From: Verrucomicrobiales bacterium
GTDB lineage: Bacteria > Verrucomicrobiota > Verrucomicrobiia > Verrucomicrobiales > V1-33
Direction: 5' to 3'
Length of the DNA stretch: 64,000 nucleotides
Assembly (NCBI GenBank): GCA_031411295.1
Contig: JANOAV010000189.1
Span: 32,001-96,000 of the forward strand
This document shows positions 20,922 through 30,800 of this stretch, piece by piece. Made by a program: the position numbers and the translations under genes. Within the stretch, counting starts at the first letter, position 1. Every line of letters starts with the position of its first letter. Below the pieces are notes generated by a model. That model worked only from the letters and a program-made list of their open reading frames with translations, made no database searches and was not told the origin of the DNA.

Positions 20922-23216
20922 TTAGAATCGGAAACCGACTCCAGCACCCCAGCCATATTCATTGTGATACTGGCCCACGAGAGAGAGGTTCTTGTGCAGG
21001 AAATAGGCGACTCCTACGCTGGTCTCCCACCGCGCTTTGGTGTCATACTGGGCCCGGCCAAACAGTGAAAGGCGGGCGGTGATGGGGAAGGCTTTGCTGG
21101 CGGTGAAACGAAAGTCGCCATCCGTGTCCACCGAAGCTTGGGATTGGATCAGGAACGGCAGGAGGTAGCGCGCGCCGAACATGCCGCGATCCTCGTTGAT
21201 GCCGTTGCTCCATTCGTAGCTGGCGAAGACGCTGAGGTTACTGTTGATAAAGCGGTCGTAATCAATGCCCAGCTCATAGTCGCTTTCACTGCCATTGCCG
21301 ATGCGCGACTGCCAGTGGGCCATGAGACCGTTGCGATTGTTTTCCCAGGATGCGGTGCCTTCGGTCAGGTTGGAAAGCAGGATGCCTTCCCCAAAGAGGA
21401 ACTTCGGATCGTGTTCCGTCATCATGGCACCCGTCATGAGATGAGGATTCGGCGGGGCATCCTCATAGTGGACGACACGGGCCATGCCGATGGCGAGGTG
21501 ATAAAGGACGTGGCAGTGCATCATCCAGTCGCCCGGCTCATCAGCGGCAAACTCGATGGTGTGGCTGGTCATGGGCGGCACATCCACCGTGTGCTTCATG
21601 GGCGAGAAGTTTCCGGCGCTGGTGACAAGGCGGAAGAAATGCCCGTGCAGATGCATGGGATGGTGCATCATTGAATCATTGATGAAGGTGAAGCGCACCT
21701 TCTCGCCTTGGCGCACATTGATCATGTCCGCCTCAGAGAAGGTCTTGCCATCCAGCGTCCAGACAAAGCGGATCATGTCGCCCGTGAGATGAAAGGTGTA
21801 TTCGCGCAACGGGCGGGAGTCAGAGATCACGGTGGAACGCAGGGCACGCAGTTTTTCATACGGGCTGCCGGGGCGATCCGGGTCATCCATGCCCTGCATT
21901 CCAGCCATGGGCGGCATGGCTTGAGTGGTGGCGCGGCCTTGCTTCTCGGTGGGCATTGGCATCGTGCTGTGATCCATGCCTTTCATGTCGGCCATGGCGT
22001 CAGGTGTATTCGTGGTCTTGGGTGGCGACATGCCTTTCATGCCTGCCATCGTGCTGTGATCCATCGGGGGCTCAGGCTCGGCCATGTCGCCTTCACCCAT
22101 GCCCGCCATGCTGCTGTGATCCATGCCCTTCATGTCAGCTTTGCCTTTCATGTCAGCCATGCCGCTCATACTACCCATGTCACCCATGTCACCCATTCCA
22201 GCCATCGGCTTATAGACATTGGGCTTCGGCACATCAGGTGCGGCGTGCCGTTCTCCCTGGCCGATGAACAGGCTGCTGTGGCCGGTGCCATCTTGCGAGG
22301 TAGCACGCAGCTCCCAGGCTCCGCCACTTTTTGGCACTTTCACCAGCAGGTCGTAAGTTTCAGCGATGGCGAAAAGAAAACGCCCGGTCGCCACGGGCTG
22401 CACATCGGTGCCATCGGCGGCAATGATCTTCATCGGCCCGCCGGCATATTCGAGATGGTAGTAGCTGGCGGCGCTGGCATTGATCATCCGCAGGCGCAAC
22501 GTTTCACCGGGCCGCGCTGCAAACTCGGCGGCGGGCTTTCCATTCGCGAGAAAGGCGTCATAGCCCACATCGGAGAAGTCCATCGCTGGCATCCGGCTCC
22601 TGGAGCGCTTGATCATGTCCGGCAGCGCGTCGTGCTGGATGGCACCGACGATACTTTGCGCTGTGCCTTTCTTGATCTGCTGCCACTCGCGGCCCGCGCG
22701 GAGTTGTCCGAGCACATCATACGGGCGTTCATTGGTCCAGTCGGAGAGCATCACCACGAGGTCGTGATCGGCTCTGATACGCTCACCGCCCTTGGGCGTG
22801 ATGACAATGCTGCCGTAAATGCCAAGCTGCTCCTGAAGGACGCTGTGGGAGTGATACCAGAAGGTGCCGCTCTGCCGCAAACGGAATCGATATTCACGCG
22901 TATCGCCAGGTTTGAGGGCAGCCATGGTCACATGGGGCACGCCGTCCTGGTCATTGGGCACTAGCAGACCATGCCAGTGGATGGAGGTCTCTTCCTTCAG
23001 GTCATTGCGCACGTGCAGCACAGCATCGTCGCCTTCCATGAAACGCAACGTTGGGCCTGGCAGGCTACCGTTGATGGTCATCGCCTTTTGTCCGCCTTTG
23101 ACCGGGCCATCGGTCTGCGCCAGAACCAAGTCATAGTTCACGGTCTTGGCGCACAAGGCCGAGGATACGGACAGGAGAAATAGCCACACCAGAGGACGGA
23201 TAGCACGGGAGCGCAT
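20922..23216 (-). CDS. Multicopper oxidase with Met-rich insert and C-terminal beta-barrel-like domain
   Basis: Copper ligands HWHG, WYHSH, HPMHLHGH and MHCHVLYHL; repeated MKGMDHS; amphipathic strands ending GVGFRF. Start reassigned to ATG 23216. Confidence 0.9.
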   Translation of the reverse strand: MRSRAIRPLVWLFLLSVSSALCAKTVNYDLVLAQTDGPVKGGQKAMTINGSLPGPTLRFMEGDDAVLHVRNDLKEETSIHWHGLLVPNDQDGVPHVTMAALKPGDTREYRFRLRQSGTFWYHSHSVLQEQLGIYGSIVITPKGGERIRADHDLVVMLSDWTNERPYDVLGQLRAGREWQQIKKGTAQSIVGAIQHDALPDMIKRSRSRMPAMDFSDVGYDAFLANGKPAAEFAARPGETLRLRMINASAASYYHLEYAGGPMKIIAADGTDVQPVATGRFLFAIAETYDLLVKVPKSGGAWELRATSQDGTGHSSLFIGQGERHAAPDVPKPNVYKPMAGMGDMGDMGSMSGMADMKGKADMKGMDHSSMAGMGEGDMAEPEPPMDHSTMAGMKGMSPPKTTNTPDAMADMKGMDHSTMPMPTEKQGRATTQAMPPMAGMQGMDDPDRPGSPYEKLRALRSTVISDSRPLREYTFHLTGDMIRFVWTLDGKTFSEADMINVRQGEKVRFTFINDSMMHHPMHLHGHFFRLVTSAGNFSPMKHTVDVPPMTSHTIEFAADEPGDWMMHCHVLYHLAIGMARVVHYEDAPPNPHLMTGAMMTEHDPKFLFGEGILLSNLTEGTASWENNRNGLMAHWQSRIGNGSESDYELGIDYDRFINSNLSVFASYEWSNGINEDRGMFGARYLLPFLIQSQASVDTDGDFRFTASKAFPITARLSLFGRAQYDTKARWETSVGVAYFLHKNLSLVGQYHNEYGWGAGVGFRF

Positions 23217-23248
23217 GAGCGGAGATGTTTGCGGCGGGGGTCGTCCGG

Positions 23249-23380
23249 CTACATCCTGGCGTGCTCTGCGGCGGACATGCCGGGCATGGATTGACCCGCA
23301 GGAGCCTTCTTGGAGAACGTGCAACTGCTCACGGCGAGGAGGGTAAGGGCTGCCATGGTGATGGTAATGAATTTGATCAT
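23249..23380 (-). CDS. Tiny lipoprotein (43 aa) with MPGMSAAEHARM motif, absent from the ORF track
   Basis: Manual translation gives MIKFITITMAALTLLAVSSCTFSKKAPAGQSMPGMSAAEHARM*, with lipobox VSSC and an A/C-rich leader upstream. Confidence 0.75.
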   Translation of the reverse strand: MIKFITITMAALTLLAVSSCTFSKKAPAGQSMPGMSAAEHARM

Positions 23381-23534
23381 AGTCGTTTGTGGTTTGAGTT
23401 TGTTTGAAGTGCACCAGTTGTGGGTGCGGTAAAATGACGTCGTTATTTTTTATGCCCTGAGTGCTGATGGCGGAAGCTCCCCGGTTTGCGAACCCCCACA
23501 GAAATTTTTTTGAGGGAGCGACCATTACTGAGGC

Positions 23535-23921
23535 TCACGGTTCCACCGCCTCCTTCATGATTTTAACAAGCGTGTCCTCGACGTTCCGCGCGACCCCTTC
23601 GAGTTGAGGCGTGTTGAACATCGCCAGCAGGGTGGTGGGCTTCAGTGTCGCGAGAATCGTTTTACCGCCCTCCTCATAAATGGAGATCCGACACGGCAGC
23701 GCGGTGGAGACGCTCATATTTTCAACGAGCACCTGTTTTGCCTGCTGGGGCTGACACACCTCAAAGATGAGGCATTCGGGCCCGAACTCGACACCTTTCT
23801 TCATCATGGTTTCTTTGAGGTTATGCACCTGCATGACGCCAAAATGATTGGCCTGGACGGTGGTTTGCAAGGCAGTTGCAACCTCAGTCACGGTTTTGTC
23901 ACTGGAGAATTTAATGAGCAT
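23535..23921 (-). CDS. DUF302 domain protein
   Basis: FGV..HNL, FEVCQP..A and ALPCRISIYE motifs; start ATG 23921. Confidence 0.88.
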   Translation of the reverse strand: MLIKFSSDKTVTEVATALQTTVQANHFGVMQVHNLKETMMKKGVEFGPECLIFEVCQPQQAKQVLVENMSVSTALPCRISIYEEGGKTILATLKPTTLLAMFNTPQLEGVARNVEDTLVKIMKEAVEP

Positions 23922-23974
23922 AAGTTTGTTTTCCTGGGGTGAGAGTTTGTTTTGTGGCAGCACGGGTCTGTGAA

Positions 23975-24088
23975 TCATTTTTTGGACACCCTTTTGATCA
24001 GGACGACCAGCAGGACCACCACCAAGGTGCCGATCACTGTCCAACCTCCCGACCATCCACCCATCCATCCGTCAGTATGGTCCATCAT
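23975..24088 (-). CDS. Small single-TM protein (37 aa)
   Basis: MMDHTDGWMGGWSGGWTVIGTLVVVLLVVLIKRVSKK, preceded by an AAGGA RBS-like sequence. Confidence 0.65.
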   Translation of the reverse strand: MMDHTDGWMGGWSGGWTVIGTLVVVLLVVLIKRVSKK

Positions 24089-24221
24089 AAAAATCCTTTC
24101 TTGTGCCGCAACCAGCCCACCTTCTGGATCTTCAGAAAGTGAGTGGAGGCAGCGGTGTTTATGGAAGTAGCGACAGGGGGTTCGGAGCAATCTCTCGCTG
24201 CCGGACCTCGGCGCTCAGGCA

Positions 24222-24692
24222 TCATTTCTGCGCGTCTTTATGCTCTTTGTGGGCATCTGCTGATTTTTCGTCCATACCCTTCATCCCTTTCATCATCGGG
24301 CACTACGCCATGGATTCTTTGCCCATCTCCATGTGCTTCATCATGTGTTTCATCATCTCCTCCTCCATCTTTGCCTTTCGTGCATCCATCGCGATCCTCT
24401 GCTCCAGAGTGTGGGTGATGAGGGCCGCCATCAGCTCCAATTTCTTGTCCGGCGAAGCGCTGTTCATCTTGGCGACCCGTTCGGTGAGATCGGCATTTTG
24501 AGCTTTCATGTCCGCCTTCATTTCCTCCTTCTCTTCCTTCATCTTCTCACAGCCTTCCATCATTTTACCTGCCATCTGCTTCGCCTCCGCTGGCTCAGCG
24601 GATTGCGATTGGACTGGAGACCAGATTGCCAGGGTCATGGCCAAGGCGAGGCTGGAACGGATGAGGAGGTTCGTGGGCGCTTTACTTTTCAT
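24222..24692 (-). pseudogene. Met-rich periplasmic protein interrupted by an in-frame TAG at 24303-24305
   Basis: Signal peptide and Met-rich helices; the frame continues past TAG as CPMMKGMKGMDEKSADAHKEHKDAQK*. Confidence 0.7.
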
Positions 24693-24946
24693 GGTTGATT
24701 GCTTTTTTTTGTAAGGTTTTGCCGTCCGGCTAATCTGGGCCGAAAGTTATAATGCACCGGTGGAGGCCGCGCTGCCATGGGGTGTTCACCCCAAACAGTC
24801 AGGTGTTACCTTCTGCTGCTGATGGGGGGGTGATCGATTGGTTTTGATCAATGCGGCATGCTGACATGCGTTACGGACACCTGTGGTTTTACCCAAGCTG
24901 GCAGGTGCTCTGGCTTGTCCAACCGGGCCACGCTGCAAAGGTTCCT

Positions 24947-25855
24947 CTAAACCTTTGCCCTTAGTTTGGCGCGATAGGCGCGTGGGGACATGCCAGTCAC
25001 CTGTTTGAAGGTCCGGTTGAATTGTGAGAGTGATTTGAATCCCGTGTCGTAGGCGATCTCTGTGATTTGCAGTCGAGGATTCCGCAGCAGATTTTTTACC
25101 TTTTCGATCCGGACGCGTGACACATAGTCTGTGAAAGTAAGTCCCGTGGACTTGTGGAAGAGATCGCTGAAATACCCGGCACTGACGTTCACCGCCATGG
25201 CTACCTTGCCGAGCGAGATTTCGTCGGAAGAATTCGCGCGCACGATGGCCTTGGCCTGCTTGATGGATTTTGGCTCCAAGGTTTGCGGTTCCACCTGCAA
25301 CGCCCTGGCACACTCCGATAAATGGTTGGCGAAAATATGTAGTAAGCGCAACATGGCCGCATATTGCTGCTCGCCCAGCACCTTGGTGGCAAACCAAGCC
25401 TCTTCAGCTTGTTTGAGATCCACTTCAGTTCCCATCGCGATCAAGCGTTGCGCCACTTTGCTGAAGCATTTGGCATCAGGGCGATGCAGTTGAATCTGCC
25501 CCGTCTGTAAGAAGGCGATGATCTTCTCCCCCACACGCACGGGAACGGCACTTTCACACAAACCAGCAAAGCAATGCAACGAGCGTGGCTCCATCCCCGC
25601 CTGCTGCTCTACTTTTTGCTGCAAGGCGAAGCAGGCGGCACAGGCCTGATTACTTTTGGCCATGAGCAGGCAGAAGGGATTCCCACCAGGTCTGAGCGCC
25701 AGCTTCCCGCTGGCACCTCCTGGTTCATGCAAATGCAACGGCAAGCCAGTCGCGCTCTCGAACGCGTTCTGATAGTCCTGAAACACGCTGCTCTCCGACA
25801 GGGTTGCGGTCAGAGAGCCAGGACGAGCCAAAGGTTTAGAAGTGGATTGCGACAT
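24947..25855 (-). CDS. AraC-family regulator with PocR-type sensor domain
   Basis: N-terminal F..ATGLP, FC..M...AC and HCFAGL.E.AVPV; C-terminal AraC signature ITEIAYDTGFKSLSQFNRTFK. Confidence 0.9.
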   Translation of the reverse strand: MSQSTSKPLARPGSLTATLSESSVFQDYQNAFESATGLPLHLHEPGGASGKLALRPGGNPFCLLMAKSNQACAACFALQQKVEQQAGMEPRSLHCFAGLCESAVPVRVGEKIIAFLQTGQIQLHRPDAKCFSKVAQRLIAMGTEVDLKQAEEAWFATKVLGEQQYAAMLRLLHIFANHLSECARALQVEPQTLEPKSIKQAKAIVRANSSDEISLGKVAMAVNVSAGYFSDLFHKSTGLTFTDYVSRVRIEKVKNLLRNPRLQITEIAYDTGFKSLSQFNRTFKQVTGMSPRAYRAKLRAKV

Positions 25856-25947
25856 GCTGCATGGTGTTAAACCAACCAAGGCCAAAACCCTTGGCATTTT
25901 ACGAATTTATTTTGCGCCAGTGCTTACGCTTCCATCCATGGCAGATC

Positions 25948-26532
25948 TCATCTGCGCAAATTTGCGAGCTGAACCTTGAGGATCTGCCGGGCGCGATAGA
26001 TTCTCGTCTCCGCGGCTTTGGCGCTGCATCCCGCGATGGCGGCTATTTCCGCGTAGCTCATCGATTCGTAAATGAAGAGGGTCATGGCTTCCCGCAATTC
26101 CAGCGGGAGGACTTGAAATGCTCGCTGGACTTCACGGCAAGCTTCCGCGCTGGAGGCTGCTTGATCTGGCGGTGGGCTGGGGTCGGTGACCTCAATGGGC
26201 GTCACCAGGTCGTCGCCATTGTCATCCAGCGAGATCGTGGGGTGGCGCTTCTTCCAGCGAGCCTGATTGCGGCCAAGGTTGGCTGCGATGGCAAAGAGAT
26301 ACGTCGAGAATCTCGCTTCAGCGCGGTAGCGGTTTCGCGCTTGATAGAGTTTCACAAACGTTTCGTGAGCCAGCTCTTCCGCAGTTCCGGTGTGTCCGGT
26401 CATTTTATAGAGAAACGAGGCCACACGAGCTTTCCAGCGCAGCATCAAGGCATTCAGAGCCAAATCGTCGCCCCCGGCAAGGCGGATCATTAATTCCGCA
26501 TCGGTGGCCTCTATGGATTGTGGCGACGACAT
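25948..26532 (-). CDS. ECF sigma-70 factor (CnrH-like position)
   Basis: AEELAHETFVK, FSTYLFAIAAN and MSYAEIA...ETRIYRAR motifs. Confidence 0.92.
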   Translation of the reverse strand: MSSPQSIEATDAELMIRLAGGDDLALNALMLRWKARVASFLYKMTGHTGTAEELAHETFVKLYQARNRYRAEARFSTYLFAIAANLGRNQARWKKRHPTISLDDNGDDLVTPIEVTDPSPPPDQAASSAEACREVQRAFQVLPLELREAMTLFIYESMSYAEIAAIAGCSAKAAETRIYRARQILKVQLANLRR

Positions 26533-26533
26533 A

Positions 26534-27013
26534 CTAGTGATCGTGCAGATTGCTTGGTTCACTATGGGAAAAATCCAAGGCGAAAGGAAGCATCGTTTTC
26601 AGATACCGGCTTGCTTGCTCTGGCCTGAGGGTTGCGGCGGTCTGGTAGAGGTGCTGCAGCATGGACTCCTGACATTCTAAATGGAGCTCGGCATGGGCCT
26701 TCAGGGCCGCATGATATTCCTCTGAAATAGCATTGTTAGCCGAAGCGATGGTTGTTATCTTATGATGGGCCGCAGCAATCCGTCGGCACATCTCGACGCA
26801 CTTCGGGCGATAGGCTTGATGGAGATCCCGAACCTGGATGACCTGAGCTTCAGATAGGCCCAGGTCATCCTCTAGCCAAGTCAACTCAGGCATGGAGTCG
26901 AGGGCAATACCTGAGCGGTAATTATGCCCCCGCTCCCGCTGCCAGCGCAATCCATAGAACGCCACCAACCCGGCCAGCAGGGCTATGATGAGCACGAAGC
27001 CCCCCCGTTTCAT
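26534..27013 (-). CDS. Periplasmic heavy-metal sensor (CnrX/ZraP-like)
   Basis: N-terminal TM; WL..DLGLSEAQ, H..YRPKC..MC and HL....TLRPEQ segments. Confidence 0.8.
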   Translation of the reverse strand: MKRGGFVLIIALLAGLVAFYGLRWQRERGHNYRSGIALDSMPELTWLEDDLGLSEAQVIQVRDLHQAYRPKCVEMCRRIAAAHHKITTIASANNAISEEYHAALKAHAELHLECQESMLQHLYQTAATLRPEQASRYLKTMLPFALDFSHSEPSNLHDH

Positions 27014-27363
27014 CGCGCTCCTCCATCCTGTGGTTCAGCGAATGGGCTGATTGATTCGATGTAGGCCAACTTGCCGGAGACTTTGGCAGGGCGTTCTTTG
27101 AGACCCAACCACGCCCCGGTTGTGACCATCGTCAGCACCGCAGCGGTGGCCACGGCAGGACGGCCAAGCCATACCAAGCGAGCCTCGACGAATTGGGCCA
27201 TCCGCGCGGATGGGGTGGCTGCCTGAGCGGTTGCAATTCGACGCCAGACTTCCGATTGAAACGAATGGTGTAGCGGGATGGTAGCTTGGGCGGATCGCAG
27301 CACAGCATCGAAATCAGCTTCGTGCTGTAGGTTGGGAGGGGGATTTTGGGGCGCAGAATCCAT
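27010..27363 (-). CDS. Putative anti-sigma factor (CnrY-like)
   Basis: FQSEVWRRI, a single TM and C-terminal YIESISP; first gene of a three-gene overlapping unit with the sensor and sigma. Confidence 0.7.
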   Translation of the reverse strand: MDSAPQNPPPNLQHEADFDAVLRSAQATIPLHHSFQSEVWRRIATAQAATPSARMAQFVEARLVWLGRPAVATAAVLTMVTTGAWLGLKERPAKVSGKLAYIESISPFAEPQDGGAR

Positions 27364-27375
27364 GGAAGGTGATAG

Positions 27376-27648
27376 TTAATTGAGTTTGGCGAGATATTTC
27401 GTGGGATTCTTTTTGAATTTGTCCACACAAGGCTTGCAGCAGAACTTCATTTCCTGCCCCTGATACACGATGCGCTGTTCGTCGCCCATCGAACCCAGAT
27501 CATTTCCGGTAACGACACAGGTGGTGAGCGGATAAGGCTTCACTCCGCTAGTGACGGCTGAATCGGAACCCGTCTTGCCCGTGCTGGCGCAGGAGCTAAG
27601 GACGAGGGTGACTGCTGCGAAGATTGCTGCGGGAATTGTAATTTTCAT
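27376..27648 (-). CDS. YHS/TRASH-like metal-binding lipoprotein
   Basis: Lipobox LSSC; YPLTTCVVTG..LGSMG...KFCCKPC..KF...P.KY. Confidence 0.85.
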   Translation of the reverse strand: MKITIPAAIFAAVTLVLSSCASTGKTGSDSAVTSGVKPYPLTTCVVTGNDLGSMGDEQRIVYQGQEMKFCCKPCVDKFKKNPTKYLAKLN

Positions 27649-27839
27649 AGTATTGTATTTTGGAAGGGAGTTTGCTGCAGATGAATTTCTACAACTACTC
27701 AGTAAATGTCCACGGTAGCTCCAAACCCTCAGATTATTTTCGGGCGGAGCAATCATGTTTGGAGAAGTTGATCTGGTTGCGCTGCGATCCCTCAGTCCCA
27801 CCTCACTGCAGAATCACAAAATCGCCCTGCGTTTCGGGG

Positions 27840-30800
27840 TTACTTCAGTTGCACGTTGGTCCGGTAGAAATATCGCGTGCCATCAGCAATGGTGGCGGGG
27901 CCGCGGATGATCATGATTCTATCCCCAGGGTTGGGCCCGTTGATGATTTCTGTGGTGGGTGCCAGAGTGCGGGCGTCCACCCAGGTGGTTATATCTGGGG
28001 AGCCCTGCGGCAGAATGATGGCGTCGTCGGCGTTGGCTTTGAAGGGGAACCGAATTTCAATTTCTCCGGCGCCATGTTTCACGACCTCGGGTAGGGCAGG
28101 CATTTGGAAACCGTTAGTGTCACTGGTGCCGAGGGCGTATTCTACCAAGGCTGGGAAGCCGTCCTTATCGGCATCGCCCAGGGGATTCACGGTGAGCCTG
28201 AGGGCATCGCTGGCTCCGGGATTGCCGTTCGTTTGGATACTGCTGCGCTGGTGGGCGGCATCGTAGTTGAGATCTTCGGGGCGCATGATGACGAGGCTGG
28301 GGCCGCCGCCATCGGAGTCGCCTGCACCCACGTAGGTGACGGTGGCGAGGACGGTTCCGAACGTGCTGGTTAGGGTGAGGGTCTCGCCATTGTTGGAAAG
28401 TTTCCCGCCATAGACTCCGTTGGGCACGATGCTATTGCCATAGCGCAGGGCGAAGGCATCCGCGTGTTTGACGAGTAGGATCTTGGCACCTGGCGGGAAA
28501 ATGGAACCAGCGGGAAAGGTGTAGCTGATGCCGGCGGTAAACGTGGCCCCACTGAGGTTGACGTTGCTGGTGCTGAGGTTCGTGAGTTCGAGAAACTCAA
28601 AGACATCAGAATCCGCATAGGCCGCCAGTTGGGTGGCATTGAGTCCGACGGCTTCAGCGGTGGTGAGATCCACGGGATGATAGTGGATCTCGGAAATGAC
28701 CAGGTTCTGATTCGTGGCCGGAGTCACATCGACGAGGAATTGAGCTTCCGTCAGCGCGCTCCAATTTCCGTTGAGCAAGGTGCGAGCTTTCACGGTGGTG
28801 GTAGCGCTGAGGGGGATGCTGCTGGCATACTCAGAGCCGACGGCGGCACCACCGATGGCGCGGGGATCGGTGCCGTTAGTGCTGAAATAAATCGTGCCCG
28901 CCGGAACGTCTGTGGAGGTCATGGTGAGCCCAAACGCCGGGGGAATGTTGCCGCCGTGTTGACTAAAGACGGGGGCCACGACATTCGGATAGAGCGGGGC
29001 GCTGCCGATCGCCAAGGCGGAGGTGAGGCGATAGTTGCGCAACTGCTGCACCACCGTTTCCGTGCGGCCATTGAGCCAACCACGAGCAACCCCCACGGCA
29101 GAGGACCATTGCGCGTCATTTAGGCTAGTGGAACCCCAACGCTGGGCGTGCGCTTTGACAGCCAGATTGATTTGGCTGGCCAGATCGTCGATGCGCGCCT
29201 GGGAACTGGTGGTCGTCATGACGCCGCCATTGAAGAAATGCCGATGCGCGCGATCCGCCACTTTGAGGCGGAACTCAGGGCTGGCGCAGAGGTCCTGGAA
29301 GAGCCATTGTGGGTTGGAGTAAATGAAGTTGTTCTGATTCGTGGCCGCAGTGGGATTGGAGGGCCACGGCCCCGTGCGATCATTTTGGCTGGCCCCGGCT
29401 CCCACCGTGTGTTCCGCATCGTGGGTGTAGAACGTGAAGCCTTGATCCTGGTTGACGCGACTGCGCAGGCTGAACCAATTGTTGGCCCGCTCACTGCCCA
29501 GAAAGGCGGAGAGCGGAGCATCACCATCGCCTGTGTAGAAGATGGTGAGCAGGTAATCGATGAGACTGGTTTCGTCCACCAGCACGGGGTAAGTGGGGTT
29601 CCGGGTGCCATCGGGATTCTTGCCGAGGATTTCGAAATAAGCCGCGGTGGTGGGCGCTGCGGCCAGCGCGCGGGCTTTATCCCAGAGGAGTTTCCAGGCT
29701 GCGGTGGTGGTGCCGCCGCCGACTAACGGCTGGGTGTCCAAGTAGCCGCTGGTAGCTTCGGTGGCGAATCCTCCATTGTGGTTGGCGGTCTTGATGACAT
29801 CGTAATCATCTTTATTGCCCCCGAAATACGCCTCGCCATAACCGCCGGAGACGCGTTCATCGAAGTAAAACAGGCCCCAATACAGACCGTTGAGATAGAG
29901 CTGAAAATATTTATTCCGGCAGGCAGGCGAACCCGTGGCCAGCAACGTGGTGCGGGAAAAGGGATCTCGCACCATGGTATCACTCGCGTCGCCCCCCTGC
30001 CAACTGTAGTTCTGGCTGCTGGCGAGATCGATGACGTCATATTGACTGGCTCCGGTATTGCCGAAGATGGGAAACTCCAGTTTCCCCGCGCCATACTCGC
30101 CCCGGAAATAAGCCCGGAAGCTATGCTTCGGCACGGTGCTGCTGCGACTGGCTCCGCCCCGAATCCGCAGGCCGAAATTCTGCTGAATCTTCCCCTGCTG
30201 ACCGACTGCTCCGTTGGGATCCAACCACTCGAATGACGCGGGCCGTTCCCATTCATCGCCATGGCCGCCGGCGTTGGCGTAGATGCCCGTCCCGGCATCG
30301 AAGAGATTGGCCATTTCCGTGACCACCGAGACGGTTGGAATCTGAGTTAGCGCGGCCTGCAGGGCGGCATCGCCATAGAGCGCGCGGACCGCAGGATCCA
30401 TCCCATAGTTGACGGAATTGGCACCCCAACTGACGGGCCAACCGGTGGGAGCTTGGCCGTTGGCGGCTTGAGCGACGACGTCGCTGAGAAAAATGTAGGT
30501 GTTCGTATCCACGTTCGTCGGCTTCCAATTCGTCTTGAACGCCCGGGCGCGGAGGACCGTCGTTTGTGAAATGGTCAGCGGACCGGAATAGAGCGTGCCT
30601 TGGCCGGGTTCCGGCTCCTCGCCATTCGTGCTATACCAGATGTCCACGCCTGGGGTTAGGCTCGTGATGGCCACGGTCTGCGCGCTGGTGTAGAAACCGC
30701 GTTTCACGGAGAAACTGGTGTCCGCCACGGTGTCGATAAACCAAGTCGAGTTGTTCTGCGCGCCTGGAGTCGGCGTCGTTAGGTAACTGGCGAAGGCATT

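Noticed and set aside
21885..22206. Repeated GTGCTGTGATCCAT-like units that could suggest a CRISPR array
   Set aside because: They are coding repeats (MDHS.M) inside the oxidase, irregularly spaced, with no cas genes nearby.
23217..23525. 103-aa N-terminal extension of the multicopper oxidase in the ORF track
   Set aside because: The signal peptide begins at 23216, and the region holds a separate lipoprotein ORF and a probable promoter.
24303..24305. Pyrrolysine or programmed recoding of the TAG
   Set aside because: No pyl genes are visible, and other genes here end normally in TAG; a point mutation is the simpler explanation.
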